In this document: one piece after another, positions 49,448 to 57,900 of the stretch | Layout: each line of letters begins with the position of its first letter | How positions within the stretch are numbered: position 1 is the first letter of the stretch | Virus record (IMG/VR): IMGVR_UViG_3300042691_036566 | Location: 1 to 64,000 of that record | Source: an uncultured virus (IMG/VR IMGVR_UViG_3300042691_036566) | Lineage: Duplodnaviria > Heunggongvirae > Uroviricota > Caudoviricetes | DNA: 64,000 nt | Direction: 5' to 3' (one strand) | Notes under the pieces: model-generated | What the model was told of the DNA's origin: nothing | The model's input: the letters and a program-made list of their open reading frames with translations, nothing else | Databases searched by the model: none | Position numbers and translations under genes: made by a program

Positions 49448-49663
49448 TGAATCTGCAAAAGATAGATGAATAACTTTAGTGGATGTTTTGCTACTTACAC
49501 CATGCAAACTGACGACTAGGAGTTGCCAACTCTGTTAAGCGGCATCAGAGCAATTAACAAACAAAGCAGCTAGTGTGCAAACAGCGAAGATCGTTTGCCA
49601 TCGACAAGGGTTGAATAGGGCTTGCAAACCCCATTGAAATTCAATCTTTCAATTGCAGATTCA
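49448..49663 (+). ncRNA. Unknown structured RNA, 'GCGAAGA' family copy 1
   Basis: 11-bp closing stem TGAATCTGCAA/TTGCAGATTCA; core CTAGTGT-GCAAAC-AGCGAAGATC-GTTTGC-CATCGACAAG. Confidence 0.7.
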
Positions 49664-49667
49664 TCAT

Positions 49668-49741
49668 GCTTCTATAGTTAAACGGTATAACTCTGCCTTT
49701 GTAACGCAGCGTTCTCAGTTCGATTCTGAGTGGAAGCACCA
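49668..49741 (+). tRNA. tRNA-Thr(UGU)
   Basis: Loop TTTGTAA, CCA. Confidence 0.9.
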
Positions 49742-49791
49742 AATTTTGTCTAACGCGGCCTGCCAGCCGCCACAAATCGTATAGGTGTATT

Positions 49792-50190
49792 ATGGGTTAT
49801 AATGATTTTGAGCCGATGGTGGGCAAAACGATTACTGATGCGCTTATCAACCAGAACCGCGACGTTATGATGTGGAAGGTTGATGGTGTGTGGTATAGCC
49901 TTAACGCCTACGGTGATTGTTGTTCTAATTCATGGTTTGAACATTGTGATAACGCTCTGGTGTTTGACAATGCCAAGTTCCTTGAATACGAGAATGTTGG
50001 CGGGGATTCATGGGAGGACAACTATAACCTTATCCAGGTTAACATGATCAAGGTTAAGACCGATAAGGGTCACTGTACGATTGAATTCCGTAACTCATCA
50101 AACGGCTACTACAGCGGTTGGGTAGAGGTACGCGAGGAACCCTTGGTTATGGAACCGGGTACTGAATTCAAGAAGATTGTAGATTTCTAA
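49792..50190 (+). CDS. Conserved-looking phage hypothetical protein
   Basis: GDCCSNSW...KTDKG...SNGYYSG motif. Confidence 0.7.
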   Translation: MGYNDFEPMVGKTITDALINQNRDVMMWKVDGVWYSLNAYGDCCSNSWFEHCDNALVFDNAKFLEYENVGGDSWEDNYNLIQVNMIKVKTDKGHCTIEFRNSSNGYYSGWVEVREEPLVMEPGTEFKKIVDF

Positions 50191-50199
50191 TAGTAGTAT

Positions 50200-50284
50200 G
50201 GGCAGGTGGCGTAACTGGTAGCCGCGCTGGTCTTAGAAGCCAGTTCCGAAAGGAGTGTCGGTTCGATTCCGACCTTGCCCACCA
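50200..50284 (+). tRNA. tRNA-Leu(UAG)
   Basis: Loop CTTAGAA, long variable arm, CCA. Confidence 0.95.
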
Positions 50285-50289
50285 TTTGA

Positions 50290-50364
50290 TCCGGTATCGT
50301 CTAACTGGCAGGACAGCAGACTTTGAATCTGTGAACGGTGGTTCGAATCCATCTACCGGAACCA
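50290..50364 (+). tRNA. tRNA-Gln(UUG)
   Basis: Loop CTTTGAA, CCA. Confidence 0.95.
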
Positions 50365-50374
50365 AATAGTTGTA

Positions 50375-50718
50375 AACAGCATACGGGAAGTTGGCTTAAG
50401 AGTAGCCATCTTATAATGAGTAGGACGAAATCCTAGGCAGGTGTTAGTTAAGCTGTTTTCCAGCGTGGACAGAGCGAAAGCGTACTGAAAATTGTCTATG
50501 GAAACCCCGATAAACTATAGATGGTTCAAAACCGTAATCAGCCGGGTTAAGTAGGTAAACCACGACTAACTTAATTGTAAATAAATCAGTCCTGCTGGGT
50601 TGGGGAATAGGAGAATGCCCGGCATACAAGCAGAACAGTGCCAAGCGGATGATAACGTGAGGTATGCAAAGTAGCAAGTATGGGTTCCTTTTGGTGTAGT
50701 AACACACCTTATGCTGTT
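50375..50718 (+). ncRNA. Large RNA containing a 23S rRNA H43-H44 (L11-binding / GTPase-associated centre) mimic with a ~270-nt insertion
   Basis: Closing stem AACAGCATA/TATGCTGTT; GGAAGTTGGCTTAAGAGTAGCCATCTTATAATGAG ... GTGTAGTAACACAC aligns to 23S nt 1055-1104. Confidence 0.8.
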
Positions 50719-50726
50719 CTTTTTGT

Positions 50727-50811
50727 GGGGTCATGGTGTAACAGGTAGCCACGCTAGACTCAAAATCTGGTTCCGCAAGGAGTGTCGGTTCGAATCCGAC
50801 TGACCCTACCA
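50727..50811 (+). tRNA. tRNA-Leu(CAA)
   Basis: Loop CTCAAAA, long variable arm, CCA. Confidence 0.95.
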
Positions 50812-50822
50812 AATCTTTTAAT

Positions 50823-50900
50823 GGGGAGTTAGCTTAGTTGGTTTAAAGCACTGGCCTGTCACGCCAGAGATCACGGGTTCAAGTCCCGTACTCCTCGCCA
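50823..50900 (+). tRNA. tRNA-Asp(GUC)
   Basis: Loop CTGTCAC, G73, CCA. Confidence 0.95.
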
Positions 50901-50901
50901 A

Positions 50902-51175
50902 TAACAAAACCTGTCAAGGCTATGCTGAAACTTAGTATCCTCAAACTGATGGGTTACTTTTTGTAGTTAGCTAGATGAATCCCTGGCGTGGGATAATAGG
51001 TGGGTTGGTGATTAAGCCCCCTTGGTTCCCCTAGACTTAGAATCTGGAATGGGCCTAAAAGCTAAAAAATAACTCTAGTGTGGTAACAGCGAAGATAGTT
51101 ACCCATCGAAAAGGACATTTCTTCGATCCCATTGGGGACCATAGTCGAAGTGTCCCTGTTAACTACTTGCTTTGT
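50902..51175 (+). ncRNA. Unknown structured RNA, 'GCGAAGA' family copy 2 (ends approximate)
   Basis: Core CTAGTGT-GGTAAC-AGCGAAGATA-GTTACC-CATCGAAAAG at 51075-51113, then GGACA/TGTCC stem. Confidence 0.7.
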
Positions 51176-51177
51176 GA

Positions 51178-51253
51178 GGGTTCATAGCTTAATTAGTAAA
51201 GCACTCGACTGATAATCGAGAGAGTACAGGTGCAATTCCTGTTGAACCTACCA
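51178..51253 (+). tRNA. tRNA-Ile(GAU)
   Basis: Loop CTGATAA; T-loop TGCAATT; CCA. Confidence 0.9.
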
Positions 51254-51260
51254 ATTTTTT

Positions 51261-51349
51261 GGAAGAATGACCGAGCGGTTTATGGTACTTGTCTAGAAAA
51301 CAAGAGATCCCACAAGGGTCCGTGAGTTCGAATCTCACTTCTTCCTCCA
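51261..51349 (+). tRNA. tRNA-Ser(AGA)
   Basis: CTTGT-CTAGAAA-ACAAG, long variable arm, U73, CCA. Confidence 0.88.
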
Positions 51350-51352
51350 TAT

Positions 51353-51428
51353 GAGGGTATAGCCAAGAGAGTAAGGCAGGAGCCTGCAAAACTCCCAATC
51401 GTAAGTGCGAATCTTACTACCCTCTCCA
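51353..51428 (+). tRNA. tRNA-Cys(GCA)
   Basis: Loop CTGCAAA, U73, T-loop TGCGAAT, CCA. Confidence 0.9.
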
Positions 51429-51436
51429 GTTTTCAT

Positions 51437-51525
51437 GGAAAGTTGCGTGAGCGGCTTAAACGAGCAGTTTGCTAAACTGTCGATCCCTAAAGGGTCCGTT
51501 GGTTCAAATCCAACACTTTCCGCCA
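51437..51525 (+). tRNA. tRNA-Ser(GCU)
   Basis: Loop TTGCTAA, long variable arm, G73, CCA. Confidence 0.95.
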
Positions 51526-51545
51526 ATTTGTACTTAATTCAGAAC

Positions 51546-51763
51546 TAAGTGGATAGGACATATTTTACAGTAAATGGTGTTTTACGATGCTGATGAACAC
51601 CAGTCTAGGTTTTGGGACTTTTTATTTTTACATACATTTATCCCTTCCATGTTCCCATGGAGAGCCTAGAAAGTTATTGAAGTGCATCTAGTGACTTGCC
51701 CGCGAAGAGATGGCAAAACCCGATAAGCTACACATTATTATATTCTAGTGTGGTTTCCACTTA
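51546..51763 (+). ncRNA. Unknown structured RNA, 'GCGAAGA' family copy 3 (more diverged)
   Basis: Closing stem TAAGTGGA/TCCACTTA; core CTAGTGAC-TTGCC-CGCGAAGAGAT-GGCAA-AACCCGATAAG, then GCTACAC/GTGTGGT. Confidence 0.6.
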
Positions 51764-51794
51764 CCCCGCCTATTAAGTTAGGCGGGGTTTTTTT
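51764..51794 (+). terminator. Terminator closing the stable-RNA operon
   Basis: CCCCGCCTA-TTAAGT-TAGGCGGGG-TTTTTTT. Confidence 0.85.
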
Positions 51795-51894
51795 GTTCTA
51801 TCCGTGCAGTTTTTTTCCTGGTTGACTTCACAGCCAGTTTTTGCTATACTATCTGCTGGGTTTGGGCGCTTATACCACTTTTTCAGAGGTTTAT

Positions 51895-52481
51895 ATGATC
51901 CGCGAATGTGTTGAGTGTGGTGGTGAGTTTGATACGTTTAGTAAGGCAAAGCGTGCTGCTGGTGGTTTGTCTACTCACTGTGTTGATTGCAGCGACGAGA
52001 CTACTGTTCGTTATGCTGGTGTGCAGAATTCTGACGGTAAGCAGGCAGGCGTGTCCATTATGCGCTTCAATACGGAAGCTGATCGTGCTGCCTATATTGA
52101 TTTCTGGCAGGTAAACAGCGGTTTCCACAAGGGTAAGTCATGCCAGATTGGTCATGGACTTAAGTCGTCACCCGGTTTTGCTTATCAGACTGTTGCCGTG
52201 TTTGAGGGTAACACCAATCACAAGGGTAAGGCGTAATGCGTGATGTACTGTATATGATTATTTTCATTAACTGTACTATCTTCTTCTTTAACATCTGGAA
52301 CCTCTTTATTCTTCCAAAGATTGAAAGCTGGGTTCTTGATCGTAGGTTTATAAAGGATATGGAGCGTGCAAAACAAGATAGGCATATCAGATTAATGCAA
52401 CAGCTAAAGACGGCTACGTTGTTAGCTAAAAGAAACTCAGAAAGGCTCCGTAAGCACAATGAGCGGAACAGGAAGGCATAA
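51895..52481 (+). CDS. Zn-ribbon protein (51895-52236) and small membrane protein (52236-52481)
   Basis: CVEC...CVDC; hydrophobic N-terminus; promoter TTGACT-N17-TATACT at 51822. Confidence 0.6.
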
Positions 52482-53892
52482 TGGCAAACGATACAGTAGA
52501 CGTAAAATGTTGTGATGAGTCTGAACGTTATGGAATCTATTTTAATTACGAAGTTGATAGATTCTATTTAATCATGGAACCACAACCAATTACGTATTGT
52601 CCTTGGTGTGGTATCTTGTTGGATATTAATATTGTGGAAAAATATAACCCATGAAATTGACTTTTCTTGACCTAAAGGAAAAACAATGATCCTTAAGATA
52701 GGAACTCCAGTTGTTTGTTATATAGATACTGGACCCAATTACGAAAAAATTATGACCCCACAGTTGGGCGCAATTGTGGACATAAAAGAAGAGGACAACG
52801 AATACGTATACAGAATCATCTGGGAAGATGATGAAGATTCATGGTATGAAGAACCTTGGGTTGAACTGTATTGGAAACAAGCTGTTAACGGCAAGATGAT
52901 GCCAGAAGAAGCTGAAAGGTTGAGTGAGGAATATGGATACGGATTATAAAGTTGGTACACCTGTTTTGTTTCTACCAAAACCAGATAGAGAAGATCATAA
53001 ATTTCTTCAACCCTCTATTGGAGTGATTGTTGCGATAGATAAAAATCCTAATACTTCATTCCCATACAACATCATCTTTGACGATAACGATGATGATTGG
53101 TACAGCGACGAAGCAAACTTTATTGCTGAGATTATTCAAAACTATCAGGATGCGTTAAATGGATTGCCAATTCAAATTCAAGAACGGTCAATTGATATAT
53201 GATGAATATTATGGTCTTGGAGTGATAATCAAGAAAAAAAATCATCGTGGAAGATATAATGATTATCTTATTCACTTCTGCGAGCCTTCTGAAGATTTAG
53301 GTGAATTTGGTGTTGATTGTGGTTGGTTTGCAGAAGAATGGGTAGAAGATAAGGTAAATGAGCCATGCCTAGTGGTTACAAAGTAAATTTTGAAAAGCAT
53401 AAAGTTGGCGATCTGGTTATGTGTGTAGAGCCAGATTATTTTGATTCAATGGATGTACCAATTATTGGTTATATTTCGGAAATTACTCCAGGTGTTATTA
53501 AGGGATATAAAGAATATCATGTTCTTTGGAACGACGAAGATGAACTCATGAGCTACGATAGCGGTTCAATAGCTAGATATAAACATTTACTTGTGGAAAC
53601 ACTTGAGGGATACGAAAATGAAGAAGAAGCCAGAGACTAAAGTAGAAATTAAGAATGGTGATATGATCTACGCAAAACCGTCACAAGAACATGAATCACC
53701 AATTGTAGGAACTGTTGTTGGTTATGATGAATCTACAAAATTATATGCAATTGAGTGGTCAGACGAATCAATGCCAGGATATGAAAAAGAGGCATTTGTT
53801 CGTTCTGGTAAGTTCATGATGAAGTGTATTAACGAAGCTATGGGGCTTCATTTTAAGCCGGAGGATCTCGATGGAAACGATATTCAGCCTGA

Positions 53893-54291
53893 GTGATGCA
53901 TCTAAGAAGATTCGGAGGTTACTCCAAGTTGGCACAAAAACTCGCTGTTAGTAGCGAATACGGTAATTTTCGGCATGGTGCAGTTCTTGAAAAGGGTTCG
54001 GCAATCCTCGGCTTGGGTGTTAATAACGAGAAGTATTCTAGTGTTGGTGCTAAGTTTAGGCATAGTGATAAGGGACACAGCACTTATCACGCTGAGATTT
54101 CAGCCATACTTGGCCTTGATCGTAGCGTAACAAAGGGTGCAACGATGTATGTTGTTCGTGCGTCTAAGAAGGATGGTTCGATGCGTATGAGCAAACCCTG
54201 CAATATGTGCCATGCTTTGCTTGAGGAACGAGGAATTTCTAAGGTTGTTTATAGTGTTGATGAAACCATGATTGGGACTTACAAGTTTTAG
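53893..54291 (+). CDS. Cytidine/deoxycytidylate deaminase-like protein
   Basis: RHGAVL, HAE, SKPCNMC zinc-binding motifs. Confidence 0.85.
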   Translation: MMHLRRFGGYSKLAQKLAVSSEYGNFRHGAVLEKGSAILGLGVNNEKYSSVGAKFRHSDKGHSTYHAEISAILGLDRSVTKGATMYVVRASKKDGSMRMSKPCNMCHALLEERGISKVVYSVDETMIGTYKF

Positions 54292-54871
54292 GATTTAATA
54301 TGAGACCACAACCAAAATTCAAAGTTGGTGAAATTGTATTAGATGATTACTTTGATGATAAGCAAAATATAGTAGAAGGACAATATGCAATTGGTGAAAT
54401 TACTGAAGTTTTAATTCCTACCAACTTTGATACTAGTGGATATTATTATCGTCTTGTATGGTCAGATAATGAAGGTGATGATGAAGCCTTCGCTGAAAAA
54501 GATGTTCTTGAGTATCGAGAGAAGTATCTTGAATTTAGCGAGGTGTGTCAAAAAGAACTAGAAGCAAGCGGATAATGCGGCGGCTGGTATGCGACATAAA
54601 CAGAAAACTCAGAGAAAAATAAAATACAAAGTAGGGGATCTGGTGCTGTACCGGGTTGCTGGTGTTACCAAACTATCTGAACAATTTTTTTCTGATGGTG
54701 GTGAATACATTATGGGATGTGTTCAAAATTTCCAATCAGATGGGATATATGCAGAAGTGTTATGGTGGGAGGGAGGGAAGGAATCTATTGTCCCACATGA
54801 TATTTATGATGTTAATAGATTCAGAGATAATTATTTACAGTTTCTAATAAATCCTGACGGTAAAAAAGTTC

Positions 54872-54900
54872 TTGACTTCTAAACCGGCCCGTGATATACT
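54872..54900 (+). promoter_or_regulatory. sigma70 promoter with A-tract UP element
   Basis: AAAAAAGTTC-TTGACT...TGaTATACT. Confidence 0.7.
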
Positions 54901-57900
54901 GGCGGTGTCTTTTCAGCGAGGAAATAACATATGTCGAGCATCTATAAGGTAGGAACCAGCGTCGTATGCCCCGAAGCCACTAAGTATGGTGATAAGGGAA
55001 ATGTTTCGGGTACTATTCAAAATTTTAGATTAGGCACTTCAATTCCTTATATTGAATGGAGTGACGGACTGACAGGTTATGTCAAACCGCAATTTTTGAT
55101 CACAGAAGAAAAGTATAACCAACTCACAAGTGCAGGTTTCAAAGATTCTGAAATCTCTGAATACGTGAGGTTGTTTAATGGCAATATTTACAATTAAGAA
55201 GGGAGGCGATACACATGGCACATCCACACAAGAACCGTCCACGAAAAGGACGCAGGAAGTTAGGAAGCAAGAAACGTCGAGCACGTCGTCTAAACAGAAA
55301 GCGATAGATGCTATGACAAATGAGTGGAAAGTCGGAGATTTGGCTAGAACAAATTACTATGTGTTTCAAGATTCTATAGTAGCAATCAATAGCATCTTCT
55401 ATCAACGTAACGGCTTTCCACTCATTTCATGTACGATCATGGATGATAAATATACTGGAGAGTTTGTTATCCCTCTTAAATATCTTCGGAGGGTAGATGA
55501 GTGACGGAAGCGGTTTTCCAGCAAGAAAGATAACAAAACTTTCTAAGTATGAATATGATGAAGCAATAATTGAAATTGGTAAGATATATAGCAATTCAGT
55601 TGCTGTGACAGATATTGAAAAAGTAGAATGGACAACAAGGATTAAGCCAGTTAAAAAATGTGTTCATACAGTCAAATACATTGACATAGCAACTGGAAAA
55701 GAGTGTGAACTATATGCTGAATCATTCTGGAAATACTTTGTTCGACAATCCTAAATTCAATGTTGGCGATATGGTTGAAGAGTTCTGTATCGAAGATCAA
55801 ACTTCTGTGATGATAACAGTACTTAAAGTTAAGCTAAACATAGAATCACAATATTTATATGATGTGTATTGCTTGAATACCGGAATTGAGTATAACGATA
55901 TGCTCCTAAAAGACACTCCAGAATCAGATTATCCTTTTACGTACAGAAAGGTTCCAAATGTATTTCAACCATGAACAGCCAATATATGTAAAAGTAGGTT
56001 CTCCAATATTTACAATTTATTACAAAGGTAAAAATGAAAAAGAACTACACGCTATTGGTAAGGTGATGGAGAAAGAAAGTAAAGGATATGCAGTAAATGA
56101 AGTTTTTACTGAATCTACTGCATATGATCAAGAACATACTCATGTTAGATTAGATGGAAATTTTTGGATTGTAGCAAATGAAAATATTTCTCTAAGGGAA
56201 GAGGAAGAAGAGAAAACCGATGAAGTTTAAAATTGGTGATGTAATAAAACAAACTCATATGATTGGAGATACAAATCATTTTGTTGTTACCGATTATAGA
56301 TCCGATATAAATAGATATAAAGTTTATTGGATTGAAAAAAATCTTGATATGTGTGATTGGTTCCCGCTAACAAACGAACCTGATGTAATGTTTGGATATA
56401 CTTTTCAAAAAATGGAGAAAGGATATGATGTCACTAACTAAAGAAATGATTACAGCTATTGATAAAGAAGTAGAATTATTTTCTGATGAAGAATTATTAA
56501 TTTATCATAATACATATATTGGATTGCATCAAATGCGTCCAAACTCGTATGATAAATACAAAGTTACTAAGAGCTTTGAAGAAATTACCAAAAGAGGAAT
56601 AGAGGATAAGATTAATGAGTTTTCCATCTATAGGTGAACTTTGGTTTAGATACGATCCAGACATTGGAGATGACAAATATGTTGTTATCCTCGATATAAA
56701 AGGATCTACCGTATTTGCAGAATATATTTCAAATCTTGCAGATGTTGGGACATTCTATCCAACATTTTGTAGAACTGTAAGTGATTTTAGAAATATATTT
56801 ACGAAAAAGGATGGATCATGGGTATAATTCCAGTTGCTCCGGTCACACCAATTTCTCCAATTAAGCCGGTTAAAAGATAGAATATGATGGAGTATTATAG
56901 TCTCAAAGACAAAAAAAAAAGAACCACTTATCGGTAGGATGTATCGAATAATTGTTGACGGGGATGAGGCAATTCCTGTGGTTGTGAGTGATATCTTTGA
57001 AGCATATAAAGGCATGATAATTGAATACTATGCTATAGATGATCCAGAACATATGATTACAGATTCTGTCTCAGTTTTTTGCGAGTGGTATGGAGAATGG
57101 TAATGGCTAAAAGATCACTTAAGGTCGGACATTTTTATTATCAAAAGATGAGTATGCTGGATGTATATTGTGTTCTTAAAACATATATGGATGGCAACCT
57201 AAAGTGGGTTCAGCTACATAATCTTAAGTCAGATGAAATTAGGTATGATCTTTATGATAGTTTTCTAGGTAAAACAAGGGAAGTAAATGAGCGTTATTGG
57301 AAAAGTATTCAAGGATAAAAACGAAAATCATGTCGTAGTGATCTCGCAAGGTAAAAGATTACCGCAAGGATTCGCATATGAAGTTATGATGTATAAAATT
57401 AGATATATGACTTACGATAAAGAATCTTGGTTTTCTAAAATGTTATTTTTGAATTGCTTTACTGAAGTAAAGGATTGAAATGATGAAAGTAAAAGCCAAT
57501 AAAGAGAAAGACCCAGAGAGATGGTATATTTATGTAAATAAGGAGACTAAAGGTGTACAATCATCCTTAGAACTACCTGAAGAAATGAATAAAGAAAATA
57601 AATATATTGTCCATGGACCATATAAAAATTCAAAGGTGATTGATGAATGGATCAGAGTCAAAAAAGAGAGCCAGCAGAAATAAAGCTGGGTAAAATATAT
57701 GCAACAAAATGGAAATCATATATTGATCCTGTCACTATGGAACCAGTTCCAGAATATGTTATTGTAACCGAAAAAAAGTCGGATATGGTAATATTTCACT
57801 ATGTTTCTGACTTAGAAAAACATCCGATGGGTAAAACAGTTAAATCTTTTTTACAAGATTTTAAAGAGACATGGAATGATAATACAGCCGGGAAAAATAT

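Noticed and set aside
50421..50692. Group I intron as the insert (AATCAGC, CACGACTA and TCAGTC resemble the Q/R/S elements)
   Set aside because: Only a 4-bp P7-like pairing; no convincing P3/P4 or P1 with a U-G splice site. A covariance-model search is needed to exclude it fully.
50375..50718. A genuine rRNA gene or host 23S contamination
   Set aside because: Only ~50 nt align to H43-H44. They are split by a non-rRNA insert, closed by a private stem and flanked by phage tRNAs.
49448..51763. Hammerhead or HDV-like (theta) ribozymes next to the tRNAs
   Set aside because: CTGACGA/CTGATG and CGAAA-like words occur, but not in hammerhead stem order, and no nested HDV pseudoknot could be built by eye.
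46943..51763. tmRNA, RNase P RNA or SRP RNA
   Set aside because: No tRNA-Ala-like ends with a tag ORF, no GAGGAAAGUCC P4 motif and no SRP domain IV motif were seen.
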